From Squalus acanthias (Eukaryota), in contig CM059431.1 in NCBI GenBank assembly GCA_030390025.1, positions 108,192,001 through 108,256,000 of the forward strand: a DNA stretch of 64,000 nucleotides, given 5' to 3'. Under the pieces are notes generated by a model, which saw nothing but the letters and a program-made list of their open reading frames with translations, ran no database searches and had not been told where the DNA came from. The translations under genes and the position numbers were made by a program. This document shows, piece after piece, positions 11,862-24,779 of this stretch. Each line of letters opens with the position of its first letter. The first letter of the stretch is position 1.

Positions 11862-12398
11862 GGAACATAGGAACCTATTCATAGGAACATTCAGCCCCTC
11901 GAGCCTGTTCCACCATTCAATTACATCTTGGCTGACCTATATCTCAACGTCATCTACCTACATTGGCTCCGTAACCCTTAATACCCTTGCCTAAGATCCA
12001 TTAATCTCAGTTTTGAAATTTTCAATTGACCCCCAACCTCAACAGCTTTTTGAGGGAGATTATTCTGGATTTCCACTACCCTTTGTGTGAAGAAGTGCTT
12101 TCTGACATTAACCCTCAACAGCCTATGATATTAAGGTTATGCCCCCTTGTTCTGGACTCCATCAGAGGAAATATTCTCTCTCTATCTACCTTATCATCTC
12201 CTTTAATCATCTTAAACACCTCAATTAGATCACCCCTTAATCTTCTATACTCAAGGGAATACAAGCCTAGTCTGCGCAACCTGTCCACATAATTTAACCC
12301 TTTTAGCCCCAGTATCATTCTGGTGAATCTGCACTGCACCCTCTCCAAGGCTAATATAACCTTCCAAGAACTGCGGTGCCAAGAACTGAATGTGGTGA
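11862..12398 (-). mobile_element. CR1 LINE 3' fragment
   Basis: ALERVQCRFTRMI..LGLYSLEYRRLRGDLIEVFK..SRTRGH; (TTCCTATG) tail. Confidence 0.9.
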
Positions 12399-12419
12399 GA
12401 AGTAAATGGGAGATGGTGG

Positions 12420-12808
12420 GTGGATGGGGGGGGAAAAAAAGAATTGGCCAACTTACTTGTCGTGGCCAGGCACTTCTTTGAACGTGGGGTCCGTGCCGCG
12501 ATCTGGCAGCCCAGCACTCCTTGTGTGTGCCGGGCTGCTGGCACGGCACCCCGCTCCCCGGTGGTCCAGGCAGAGTTGTGGGCTCGGGCCCTCCCCTTTA
12601 ATGAGGGGAAGAGCCCTTGCATGCGGCAGCGCTACGTGGCCCAGTGTGTAGCGCTGCGGAACGCACCGCCCCGATATTTGGGGTTAGCGCTCTAAGAAGT
12701 GGAGCGCTTGAATTAGCGCTCCACCTCCCTCTTGGGGCGCTAAAACTGAATTTAGCGATCGCCGGCGCTATTTTTCACCGGGTGCAAAATTTAGCGAATT
12801 TTTCCCCC
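12420..12808. mobile_element. one-ended GC-rich MITE fragment, same type as 62299-63194
   Basis: Dense AGCGCT/GGCGCT motifs and a terminus ...GAATTTTTCCCCC. Confidence 0.55.
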
Positions 12809-12809
12809 A

Positions 12810-14380
12810 TAATGTCTTAGTTTATCTCTCCTACCCTTCTTAAATAATGGAGTGACATTGGCAATTTTCCAATCAAATGGGACAATTCCTGAATCAATCC
12901 AAGGGGACAATTTCTGAATCTTGAATATTTGCCTTGGGAGTATTCTCTAGGGCTGATCCCATGCGCCAAGGACCACATTGTACATCGCACCAGAGTGCAT
13001 ATCCCATGATTTTCCATTAATTCATTTTAATGGATGGATTCTTGTGATGCATTCCCTTCTGGTTCCTATTGTTTAACCAGTTTTCTATCTTGTCTCGTGT
13101 TCTAACCTGGTTTCCATGGCTTTCATTTTAATCAGACGTCTACCATGTGAATCTTTAATTAGAAGCATTTGGTGTCAAAAGCTTTCTGAACTTCTAAATA
13201 AACTGTGTGTGATGGGGAATGCCACTAACTACAAGATCCTCAAGGAAGCAAAAAAGGTTTATCAGGCAGGAATTTCCCTTATGACCTACACTGGCTGTTT
13301 CTTATTACGTTGTTGTGTCCAGGTATTACTTCAGAGTGCCCCCATAGAATACATTCCATTATCTTACCTGTGACTTATATTAGGCGAATGGCCTGGATCA
13401 GTTTTGTCATCAGTATTATGGAACTTTCCATGATTCTCCCATGGTGATAACTGGGGCACTACAATATGTCTCCTTCCTCTCCAATACTCTCCACAATCAA
13501 TACAGCATTCGGAATGTCGCAACCTATTTCTTCACCCACATAAAGTCCCACCATCCTTGTTCTTGCTGAGCTGGACTGGACTGCCAAGTCCCACTGAATT
13601 GCTTTCAAGGCCGTTATTCCTGCCTTCAAATCCAATCATGGGCCTGCCTAACTTCAGTGATCCTTTTGCAGCCATATATCCCTGTAGGCACCTTCCATTA
13701 CTCCAACACCAATTTACCTTTTGTTCCCTATTCTACTCACTCCCCATCAATGGCTGCTCGGTCATCCACTATGCACCTGTTCATGGGACTCCTTCTCTGA
13801 AACCTTGTTACCCTCCCCCCTACTTTCAAAGGCCTCTTAAAACCCTCCTCCCTCTCCAACTGTGTTTTTATCTCCTTCTCCCAACCCTCAAGTTTCTCAC
13901 ACTCACTCCTGTCCATTTATCTCCTCCACGCTCCAAAGCACTCAGACATGTTTCCGCATGTGAGGAATGCTATAGAAGTGGAAAATGTTTTTCAAATTTC
14001 TCGGGAATACTGGAAATACTACTAAAGTTGGATTGCGAGTTAGCATTATGGTCTCTAGTGAAAATACTCCTTTAATAATGTAACTATTTTATCTTCTTCT
14101 GTTCACTACCAATTTTATCTACCACTCGAAGTGTTCTTTTACTGCATGACACTGGAGGAACTTTCTACTATTGTGCTCAACATCTTTAGCTGTGCTCATC
14201 TCCAAGATCCTCTTCATACTTCTAATATTCCTTTGAACCTGTTTCAGCAAATTACTATACTGCTCCCTGTAGGTTTTGTACAGTTTTTTTTTCTCTTCCT
14301 GCTTTCCATTTTAGTTGACCTATTCAGAATTCTTAATTAGTTTGCACTTATTTATCTTGCATTGCATTTCCTAAAATTAT
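12810..14380 (-). mobile_element. old, degraded CR1 ORF2 fragments, interrupted by L2 at 13480-13985
   Basis: DWKIANVTPLFK-like at 12840-12875; YLEVQKAFDT-like at ~13170-13200. Confidence 0.6.
13480..13985 (+). mobile_element. old L2 LINE 3' fragment
   Basis: Degenerate match to the L2 3' regions at 38090-38610 and 40105-40505. Confidence 0.55.
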
Positions 14381-14389
14381 GACAGGAAC

Positions 14390-14475
14390 AACATTCCAAA
14401 AGTATTTCATTGGCTGTAATGCGCTTTGGGATGTCCTGAGGTTGTGAAAAGCGTTATATAAATGCAAGTTCTATT
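14390..14475 (+). mobile_element. Deu-SINE 3' tail fragment
   Basis: CATTGGCTGTAATGCGCTTTGGGATGTCCTGAGGTTGTGAAAAGCGTTATATAAATGCAAG matches 60779-60840. Confidence 0.75.
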
Positions 14476-14779
14476 TTTCTTTCTCTTTAAATATACACTT
14501 AACATACATCCTCAAAATTACTGGTTTAAAAGTATTCAATTTCTTTCCCAACTGAGATACATTTCATTAGTATTTCCCTGTTCATTTCTTTTAGTTCTTT
14601 ATTCATCCCTTTTAGGTTTTGCCATTTTAAAAGTATATATATTTTATTTGGGTACTTTCTGGCACAGATTAAAAGAAAAAAAACTCTCATTTATATTGCG
14701 CCCTATTATATCACTCACAAACATCTCAAAGCACTTCACATGCACTGGATTACTTTGAAGAGCAGTGAATTTAGCTGTT

Positions 14780-15078
14780 TAAGTGAATGCCGTCGTCTTT
14801 GGTCCCCGCCACAAACTCCATTCCTGAGCCACTGACTCCATCCCCCTCCCTGACCACTGTCTGAGGCTGAGCCAAACTGTTCACAACCTTGGCATCCTAT
14901 TTGACCCCCGAGATGAGTTTCAGACCCCATATCCTCTCCATCACGAAGACCTCCGTAAAATCGCACATCTCTATCCCTGCCTCAGCTCATCTGCTGTTTA
15001 ACCTCTCATCCATGCCTTTGTTACGCTAGGCTCAACTATTCCAATGCTCTCCTGTCCGGCCTCCCATCTTGCACTCTT
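14780..15078 (+). mobile_element. L2 LINE fragment
   Basis: Homologous to 16290-16590 and 37810-38100. Confidence 0.75.
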
Positions 15079-15079
15079 C

Positions 15080-17220
15080 TGAAGGTCCTGGCGAAAGCAG
15101 AAAAAGATGAGCTTTATGTTACATTCTGTCTGAACTGAATGGGATACAATTCCAGTTCTTGTTCTTTTATTTCCCCATAGGCGTAGTCTAAGGTCGTTTT
15201 TAGAATTACCTTTTGGAATCATGTACTTTCTGGTTGCAAGCAGGAGGATGTCTTCAACATCAAGATGCACAGGATGATTTTCATCAGAGCTTGTCCAATT
15301 CATCGCAACCCTGTCCTGCTCTACAAAATGTTCAATTTGAAGAAAGTGAAAATAATATGGTACTGAAATACTGCTGGCCTGCTTACCTGGGAGGAATGGG
15401 CTGAGAGGGGTTTGAGAAAACACTCAGAAATTGCAACAATGAAAGGATCAGGAAATACAGTGCAGCTTCGACTTTCTTCACCACAATTTTTACTTGATAT
15501 TTGGCCTACGGCAAAGAATGAACAGCTGGCAAGTGGGATCGAGTACTGGATGGCCCAGCAGACTTTCCCTCGGATATGAAAAGTAAGAATGAAAATGATG
15601 AGCCCTTCTGACCTTCTTCCACAGTGAAGACAGACGTAAATGATCCGAATATATTGCACCTGCCTCAGGAGCTAATATTTTAGAATTTAAGTTTGACAGT
15701 TGATTAAGCAAAGTTCTCCTCCTGAAAAAGCTCAACTTGACTAAAGCAGGGAATCTAACAGATTACCTTAGGGAAGTGACCTCTTCTCTCCTCCCAAGTG
15801 TCCCTTGAAATCTCAAGATGAAAACTAGAATCTAGTATTCACAGGGATTACTCATTTCGCCCTTTTTCAGAATCAAGGAGATATGACTCTCACTTTATTG
15901 AGATTTTTTTTTACTGTACATGTAAATCACTGTCTATATGCATCACTGTCTTGAGTTGTTGCATTGCAACTTCTAATAATACCCAAACAAGACAGTTGTT
16001 GACTTTTATCATATGATCTCTATTAATGGAACTGTGCATTAACTGAAGCTAACAAAATGAATACATTTGTAGTTAATTTTGGCCACAGAGCTGCTGAAAG
16101 ATTGAATTTCTCATCTACATGCTGCCCCTCGGCAACCTCATCCGAAGACATGACGTCAGGTTCCATATGTATGCTGACGACACCCAGCTCTACCACACCA
16201 CCACCTCCCTTAACCCCCCCGCTGCCTTTGTGTTGTCAGACATCTAGTCTTAGATGAGTAGAAATTTTCTCCAACTAAATATTGGGAAGACTAAAGCCAT
16301 TGCCTTCGGTCCCCACCACAAACTCCGTTCCCTTACCAACTCCATCCTCCTCCCTGGCCTATGTCTCAGGATGAACTAGACTGTTCACAACCTAACCGTC
16401 CTATTTGGCCCGAAGCTGTGCTTCCAATGCATATACTCTCCATCATAAAGACTGTCTTCTTCCACTTCCGTAACATCGCCCGTCTCTGACCCTGCCTCAA
16501 CTTACCTGCTGCTGAAACCATCATCCGTGCTTTTTGTTACCTTCAGACTTCTAAATCTTCTCCAGGCCAGTCTCCCATCTTCCACCCTCTATAAACTGGA
16601 GCTCATCCAAAGGTCTGCTGCCCGTATCCTTATTCTCATCAAATCTTGTTCACCCATCATCCACGTGCGCACTGACTTACATTGGCTCATGTTCACCAAT
16701 GTTTCAAACTTAAAATTCTGATTCTCGTCTTCAAATCCCTCCATGACCTCATCCCTCCCTATCCCTGTAACCTCCAAGAACTCCTCATTCCTCCAATTCT
16801 GGGCTCTTGAGCATCCAATCTACTCCCTTTGCCCCACCATTGTACTCAGTGATGTGAGGCTTACAGCAATCTAATTTCAATCAACAAATATCGCAAGAGA
16901 CAACAGGTCAAAGCCAGACAGAATTTGCTAATCCAACGACTCTGGTAATCTCCAAGAAGGATAAGGATGAATAACTGCTACAGACTTTGCTCATCACAAT
17001 TTAATTTAATATAATGCTCAAAATGGAAGGAGGATACCTGCTGCTGTAAAACACACCATTGACAGACAGCAACATATGGCAGCATGATGGAAGACTTAAT
17101 TTTTATTATTGAAAACATTGTTAGGCATATGACAAAAGTGAGTCAAATTACTGTAATGGAAATAATTTCATATTGGGATGCAATCATTTTGGACACACGT
17201 TTTATGATATTATTTGAACT
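15080..17220 (-). pseudogene. eroded DIRS-type fossil (RNase H end, MT-like region, tyrosine recombinase), interrupted by L2 at 16110-16842
   Basis: Minus-strand translations in the expected order: NNIIKRVSKM..E (N.LAD.LSR..EW), YPPSILSIILN.I (FPP..L..VL.KI), LLDSLL (ILDYLL), SDHLRLSSLWKKVRR (SHPLV.RFL.G.RR), RKSKLHCIS (RVSELHALS), PFLPGK (AFLPK), HLDVED (H.LDV). Frameshifted. Confidence 0.45.
16110..16842 (+). mobile_element. L2 LINE RT/3' fragment
   Basis: TTCCATATGTATGCTGACGACACCCAGCTCTAC = [24 protein letters not shown]. Confidence 0.88.
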
Positions 17221-17311
17221 CCTGCACGAGGGGAAAATGTTGCTGGGCTATGGAGAAAGAGCAGGGGAGTGGAGCGAGCACAGGCACGATTTCTGTGCTG
17301 TATGAGTCTAT

Positions 17312-18048
17312 GAGCCGTATTTTCCGATCGGAGGCTTCCTGCGTGCGGAGGCCTCCGATCTGGAAAAAAAATCTACGGACTTACCTGAGGGCTGCCGAGG
17401 TGCGTATACTTCCGCTCCTGGGCCTCTCCAAACTCGAAATGCCCACGTATCCCAGAGGCATATGCAGTTCACAAGCGTCCCTGGGATCATGTGGGCCATG
17501 GGGAGCCAATAGGAGAAGGGAATCTCCCTTCATACACTTGACAGTGTATGAATGGAGATCACACCAAAAACACTGTAAAACATTAAATAATTTTTTAAAA
17601 ATCGCATTTTTAAAATAAGTTGAAATTACAATAAATTAAATATTTTAAACAAAAATTTAATTTTTTGAAAAAAATAATTAAAGTTTTTTACGGGGCTAAA
17701 AAAACCTTACCTTTTTTTAAAGTATTTTTAATTATAAAATCAGTGAAAAAACATTTTTTAAACTTTTTTTCAACTCTTATGCTGGTAAAAGCAGGCCTTA
17801 CACCTGCTTTTACCAGGCATAAGATTTCTAAGGGTTTTCTGTGGGCGGAGGTTCTCCAGAAAGCGGAACTATCCGCCCGCAGAGGCCCTTCTCCAGGGCA
17901 GGCATCCGATCTGTCGAGAGCAGTCTTGACAGATCAGAAATACCGGTTTTCAGCACGTGCACTTCGCATGCCTGAAACCAGCATTTCCGATGTCCGTACA
18001 GGTGTGGACACAGCTCGTACCCACCCGTAGGCATCGGATATACGGCCC
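17312..18048. mobile_element. Harbinger-type MITE with AT-rich core
   Basis: TIRs GAGCCGTAT..TCCGAT / ATCGGATATACGGCCC, flanks TAT/AAT. A right-end fragment of the same family lies at 25880-25998. Confidence 0.75.
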
Positions 18049-18370
18049 AATGTTTTTCTTCTAATAATTTCAAACCACACATTATTCTTCTGTTATTTTT
18101 AATCTGGTGTTAAGGGGAGTCAATTTGATAAGGAAATCAATTTTCTGATTACTAACAAATACTAAAAATGTGCTCAAGATTAAACAAATGGCATTTGGAA
18201 CTACAGTAAAAGTGTACACACCTTTTTTAAAGGAACATGATAACACAAGATAAAAGCTTCAAAAATGCCTCTAGTTACTTTAATGTGTAATTTATTTCAA
18301 ACAAAAGGAAACATATCAAGTTTAAAAGTAGCTTTTAAATAATTAATTAAATTATATTTATGAATCAAGT

Positions 18371-18627
18371 GGGGGCGATTTTAACCCTACTCGCTCAGCA
18401 GAAACCTGGGGGCAGTTAAAATCGCCCCTGGCTCTTACCTGGCTGAAAGCCACCACGATCGCAACAGCTGCAATTTTAACCTGCTCTCCCAACAAGGACA
18501 CACGCCCGGAGCCGACAGGGTGCTTCTTTATATAGGCATGTTGCAGCCCGATGACATCAGTGAGACCCGACTGCAATTTTAACTCAGGCCTGAGCGGGGA
18601 ATCCACCTGGAGTTAAAATTGGTGCCA
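18371..18627. mobile_element. small MITE with reiterated TIR motif
   Basis: GGGGCGATTTTAAC at ~18372 and GTTAAAATCGCCCC ending ~18428; AATTTTAAC / GTTAAAATT motifs repeat to ~18620. Confidence 0.55.
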
Positions 18628-18962
18628 AAACCTCAAACCAAATGCCGCAAACTTCGATCTGCTCTGCACTCATGTCTCCAGATAGTTTCTCCCTTTCACC
18701 TAAGAAGCTTCACACCAATATGTGGAACCTTGAGCATACCCTGAATACTGCTCCAGGAGGATTACAGCCATAATTGGTTCCACCCTTCATGTGGACACAG
18801 TAACTCCAGGCTCGTCTGAAGGCAGCTATTGTATCTAAAACATAGCTGCCAGTGGCAGAAGCATTGTTAGCTGACTGCCCTTAGAACTAAAGAGAGATAC
18901 TATGCGGGGGTGGGGGGGGGGGGGTGGAAACAAACAAATTGAGTGACACATTTTCGGGCTGC

Positions 18963-18978
18963 TGTTTCCATGGAAACA
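18963..18978. promoter_or_regulatory. RFX X-box, perfect palindrome TGTTTCCATGGAAACA
   Basis: 16 bp perfect palindrome containing the RFX-type motif GTTTCCATGGAAAC, in TE-poor sequence. Function not shown. Confidence 0.45.
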
Positions 18979-19225
18979 CTGGAATGAACATTGTTTTATG
19001 ATTGGATTATACATTAAAAACACTGGACTCTTGATTTTATATGTACAGTGTACAGCTATAGCATGCTCAGATTCTAAGTAGTGAACAAAACATAGTACAT
19101 GCAATTACATATGAACCGTGCAACAGACCAAGAAACTAGCCAAGCAAGATATTAGCAACAATCATGTGTCGGGTAGTGATTAAAGTTGAAATTGAATATC
19201 TATAACTTGTGTATATGAAAGCAAT

Positions 19226-19233
19226 TGACGTCA
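19226..19233. promoter_or_regulatory. full CRE site TGACGTCA
   Basis: Exact CREB/ATF palindrome with intact CpG, ~250 bp from the X-box. Confidence 0.3.
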
Positions 19234-20109
19234 TGTAAATATTGTGTGATTAGCTTGTCAAACTAAAATGTTAAGAAGTGAATATGCCTTAATGGATCTC
19301 GACCTGTGATCACTGTTTTCTTCTCCATTATTGCTGAAATTATATACAGCATACTGAATTCAGCTTTGACATGTTCAAATGAAATTGATTTTTTCTTTTT
19401 AAAATGCAATCTACTAATATGAACTGTGATCATATTGTTATTAAACCGTCTGTGGACAGAAATGACCAAAGACTGTGGTCGGATCAACATTCTTCCTTCC
19501 CCGCCCTCAGCTTAAGGCAAGTCAGGTTGAGAACACCTGAAGTGTGCTCCATACTTTCAGGGTTGGGTCATTTACATTGTCCCAGTGTTCCTCCCGAGAG
19601 GCCTACAGTCGGGGTAACGGGTCTGATTCGAGACCTTCTGCCTACTATCCAAAAACAGTAGCCCGAATGTCTCAAACCCCAGTGATCTTCCATTTTGGAC
19701 CTGCAAAAGCAAAAATTACCTTTTTTTTTTGGGAGGCAGGAGATGATTGCTGGAAACCCATCCTCAGACCATCCCTCCCAATCTGACGGCTAATGGGCAC
19801 AACCTTCATGGCGCACTTACAATAGGCACTGCTGGGTTTGGGCCTCACAACAATGAGGCAGGAGGCATGTTGACATCACTCCTGCCCAAACTCATTTGAA
19901 TGTTTCCACCTGTTGCACACCAAAGTGCTCTGCTCCTCCCTTGACCTGTTCTGCCCTTGAGGAAACCTCTGGAAGTGTGTGTGAAATGCAAAGGGAGTGG
20001 ACACTCAGCTCCTTTTACCTCTCCTTTATGCCCAGGAAGTAGATGTACCCAGGGTACAGAGCAATGCACAGAGGTGAAATTGCCCCAATGCATTTTTCTG
20101 TGCACTTTA

Positions 20110-20857
20110 ATTTATTTAGCAATATGAACAACAAAAACAGGGATCTCTGGATCTTGAAAATTTAAATTGACCCAGTATTCTTGGCATTCTGGGGGAGTGA
20201 GTTCCATATTTTCACTATCCTGTGTCTGAAAAAAGTGCTTCCATATTTCACTCCTAAATGGCCTGGCTCTAATAAAATTATACCATCTGTTCTGGATTTC
20301 CCATAGAATAAATACTTTCTCTGTATCTACCATAACAAATCGTTTTTATCATTTTAAACAGCTCAACTGGGTCACCACTGAATCTTCTAAACTCAAGGAA
20401 ATGCAAGCTAAGGTTATGCAACCTGTCCCCATAATTTAACCCTTAATCTCTTGGGGCTGATTGATTTCATCATCTCGAGCTGAGACATAGAATCATAAAG
20501 CAAAGAAAGAGGCCAGTCGGCCCATCATGCCTGTACCAGCTCTTCGGAGAAAGCTGTCAAGTGAGTCCCACTCCCTGGCTCTTTCCCCATAGCCCTGCAA
20601 TTTTTTCCCCTTCAAGAATTTATCTAATTCCTTTTTAAAAGTTATTATTGCTTCCACCACCCTTTCAGGCAGTGCATTCCAGATCATAATAACTCTCATC
20701 TCGCCTCTGGTTCTTTTGCCAATTACCTTAAATCTGTGTCCTCTGGTTACTGACCCTCCTGCCACTGGAAACCATTTCTCCTTGTTTACTCTATCAAAAC
20801 CCTTCATGATTTTGAACACCTCTATTAAATCTCCCCTTAACCTTCTCTGTTCTAAAG
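20110..20857 (-). mobile_element. two adjacent CR1 3' fragments (20110-20450 older, 20487-20857 younger)
   Basis: FKIMKGFDRVNKEKWFP..TRGHRFK..IWNALPERVVEA; second diverged copy upstream. Confidence 0.85.
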
Positions 20858-21814
20858 ATTAACTATTTCGCTATTATAGACGACGGGTCTATCGTGACAC
20901 AACTTGAGACAATGTAAGCAAAGAGCTGTTATAACATCGTGATCCTAGTAACAAGTATAATCAATTGTGTCATCATCATGTCAGTAACCCAACAGTCCAT
21001 ATTTAAGAATGAGGTCCAATATGCATTGAAATATTAAAAAGTCATTGACCACCACAATTTGGTTTTAACCTATATTTTGGTACTTCATTATGCCTACATT
21101 TTTGTTGGGCAGCTGTACATTTCAATAAATTAAATGTCCAAATGTTTACCAGAAATATGTGGGACTAAACTCTATTCTCCATGCTAAATAGTGTTAATCC
21201 TATGGCAAGAAGTAGCATTAATAAACTACCATCAACGGCATAGTATATTGTTTTAAGAGATGCATTACTTTAGGCCTCATAAGTTCCCATGCATGACTAT
21301 GGAGGTGGTGTAACACTACCAGGGCTGCAGTTATTGTCCATACCTAGTTGCCCTGAGAAGGTGGTGGTGGGTGTACTTGTGATGATGGTGCTCCTCTTCC
21401 TCCTCTCCCCTAACAAAAGCTAAGTGTAGAGAAAACTGGCTTGTAGATTCTCACACTTTCCTACCAAAGCCAGAAGTCCTGGACTAATGTCTGAGAAATT
21501 CAGCTCTCGCCCGAAACGCGTGAAGGTTGGCAGAATAGCCGCTCCCTCTGCCCATGTGTGCTGGTGCAAGTCCCGGATGAATCTTGGGATTGGACTATGT
21601 TTAAAAGTTGCCGGCGAGCTGCTCGTGCCCAATGGGCTCCTCACTGCAGTTTACTGGTCGTGGGAGGGAGGTAAATCGGCCAGTTTCTACACTGAACTGG
21701 CCAACAAGTCGGGTGGGGGGAGGTCAGGGAGGTCCCCGAATGGTCTGGCAGATTTTTTTTTTTTTAATTTGGGCCCAGGTGAAGCACTCTTGCAATAGCT
21801 ACCAAGGTTAGGAA

Positions 21815-22085
21815 TCCGCCCCTGTCTCAGCTCATCTGCCACTGAAACCCTCATCCATGCCTTTGTTACCTCGAGATTTGACTATTCCAACACACTCCTG
21901 GCTGACCTCTCACTTTCTAACCTGCATAAACTACTCCTGGCCAGCCTCCCACATTCTACCCTCCGTAACCTTTAGGTCATCCAAAACTCTGCTGCCTGTG
22001 TCCTAACTTGCACCAAGTCCCGTTCACCCATCACCCCTTGCTGACCTACACTGGCTCTCGGTTAAGCAACGCCTTGATTTTAAAA
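21815..22085 (+). mobile_element. L2 LINE fragment inside a split MITE remnant (about 21480-21800 and 22200-22370)
   Basis: CTCAGCTCATCTGCCACTGAAACCCTCATCCATGCCTTTGTTACC (SSSA.ETLIHAFVT). Internal ~45 bp duplication ACTCCTGGC..CTC.CAC.TTCTA. Confidence 0.75.
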
Positions 22086-22554
22086 TGCACGTTGGAGTTC
22101 TATGTTGGTTGTAGGAACCCGATTTCAAAATTCAGGTACGAATTCCAGCACGGGCATGATGGGTCAAATGGCCTCCTTCTGTATGGTTCTATGTGCCTAT
22201 GAAATGGGCGGAGTGCATGCCATGACGTGCCTAGTTGTACCAGGCGTCGAGCCGCCGAACCAGCAGTCCTCCGCGGGAGCTGCTTTAAAAGGGCCCAGGA
22301 CATTTTTGAGTTTTTATTTTTGTGGGCCCAGGAAAAGCAAGCACTGGCACTAGATGCCCGAAATGGAAAATGTTTCACTCCTCAGCACCAGCATCCCTCA
22401 ACTTGATGAGTGCAAAAGAAGATAACAGTCGAAGCATATACAGAACAAAACTTACAGACCCCAATCAGCATTGCAACCCCAAATTTACCAGCTGTCTCCA
22501 TTGTACTTGGAGCTCTGCAACTAGGGATAAAAGGACCTGAGAGCCTTTTAAAGT

Positions 22555-22685
22555 TTCTAAGGGAATCAAGGAATATGGGGACAGGGTGGCAAAGTGGAGT
22601 TGAGGTAGAAGATCAGCCATGATCTTATTGAATGGCGGACACCCTCGAGGGGCCGTACGGCCTACTCCTGCTCCTACTTATGTTC
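22555..22685 (+). mobile_element. CR1 3' tail
   Basis: GATCAGCCATGATCTTATTGAATGGCGG..GGCCTACTCCTGCTCCTA..TATGTTCT. Confidence 0.85.
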
Positions 22686-24779
22686 TATCCCATATATATG
22701 TGGCCACTTCCTTCCAAGTGTTCAGCCATAATTCCAATCATCCAGTGTGAAACTTATTACCATTGAACAGAAAACAATCTTTGGGTCGTGTCACATGCAA
22801 GTCGACTGTGTTTTTAAGATTCGTGACACCACAACTAATGACCATAGCCTATATGACATCAGGCTGTCTTAGCAACAAGGGAAAATGACAGACTCGTGAA
22901 GCGGCTTCCTAATGGGCATTGATTTAGCCATTTAAGGTGCATAGTTCATTTGCTGAAATAACACAAATTACATTCTAAGAATTCCCATGTTACACTGAGA
23001 TGTTTACTCTGAGTGTGTAATGAGTTTCACTCCAGTGCCACAGAATTGTCTGATTGTAAAATGGACTGGTTAGGGACTGCTACAATAACGTTGATAAACA
23101 GAAAACACTTCAGTTTTTTCAACTGCTAAGCCCGGAAGCATTATCGGGATTTTGACCACTGGGACTGTGGTCCTTAGCATTACAAAATTGCTCCACAAAA
23201 ACATTCTCCAATGTTATTGTGGTAGCAGTCATTTTATCCCTTTTGTATCCCACCAGACTCTAACGAAACATAATTAGGAGTATGACTCATTTCCCTTAAA
23301 ATCTCCAGTGTAGCAATATGTTTTGCAACCTTTTTTTTTCCCTCAAAAAAGAAATTCCATGTAATCCAGAGACAAAATGCGAAGGGATTATCATAAATAA
23401 ATAAATAAATAAATGCAATAGCTCTCAAAACCAAGAATCCTGCCCATTTCTTGAATTCATATTTATTCAATCTCGGACTTCTGGATTTGTCAGTAAAGCG
23501 CAAATATTTAGAAACCAGTTTTCCACACGTCTCTTTTGCTAGGGGAAAAGGGGCAGCACCATCACCACAAGGACTGCAGCAGTTCGGGAAGACTCACCAC
23601 CAAACCTTCCTGAAAAAATAACGGCGAGTTCACGACGCACGCAGTTATTACTTTACAAATTGGCCAGCAAGTTCAAGGGATTAAGAGCTACGCCGCGAGT
23701 TGCGAATCTCCAGATCTTGCTGGTTGATTTACACCGCTTCAGCGTTTGCTTCGCACAAACGGCATCTCGCCCTCAACCTCCCCGCTATTTATAAGAATTT
23801 GCTGGATTAATTGCCCATTAAACTTGCTGCAGAAAGTTAGGGTTCATAATTAACAATGTAAGTAACCTTATAACCACATGATAATTGTTAGTGCAATGCC
23901 AATCATCCTCTCCAGCCCAGAAATTGAACAACTTCGGTGGAGTCTCATTCCTGCATGTAGTAAATTCTTCTTAGAGATTTAAAATTGTCAAATTTTAATT
24001 TTTTTTCTTACATTTCCTTGCTGTCTATTTATTCTCTCTTTTAATACAATCTCTCTTTCCTCCTCTTTATTTCTATTTCTGTTCCTGATTTAACTCTAAT
24101 TCACCCTCCTTCTCAGTCATTCCTGTTTCTTTCTCAATCCTTAAATCTCATTGGTTAATGGATACACTGTTGGTCCAACACTTCACTAAGGTCCCAGATG
24201 GCGAATGGCGGCCTTCTGTGCCAAAAATTTGTATGATTCTACAAGCAGTCTGACAATTTAGAGACAGTAGAGGGATCGAGAGGTGGTGGTGAGGTAGAGC
24301 TGGGTGTCGTTAGCGTACATGTAGAAGCTGACAATGTGTTATTGGATGACGTTATTGAGGGGCAGCGTGTAGGTAAGAAATATAAAAATGCTTCATTTAT
24401 AGATTCCACACTCTAATAAAAACTTATTGAAGCCAAAGATACGAAACTATAGCTTTGATATCCAGAATTATTTTTGTTGACATTTAAGCATGTAGGCTGA
24501 TGAAGATCAACGTAAGGTTATGCATATTGGAATAGTACAAGTAAAATGTATTCACAATGACAGGATGTCCATTAGTAAACCTGTAAAACGATTTGGGTGA
24601 GATTATTAACCATCCATTGAAAGTGGCTGGTCAGTGTGAAGCTGTTGTCCATAAGGCTAATGATGCACCAGGATACACCTTTAGGGCATTTGACTGTAAA
24701 TAGAAACAAATAATTCACATGTTAGATCAGTGGTGAGTTTTGGGTATCCTATCCTCAAAAGGACATTGCTTTATTGAAG

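Noticed and set aside
15150..15280. plus-strand acceptor TTCTTTTATTTCCCCATAG as a host exon
   Set aside because: Frames close quickly with no good donor; better explained as the antisense of the DIRS-like fossil.
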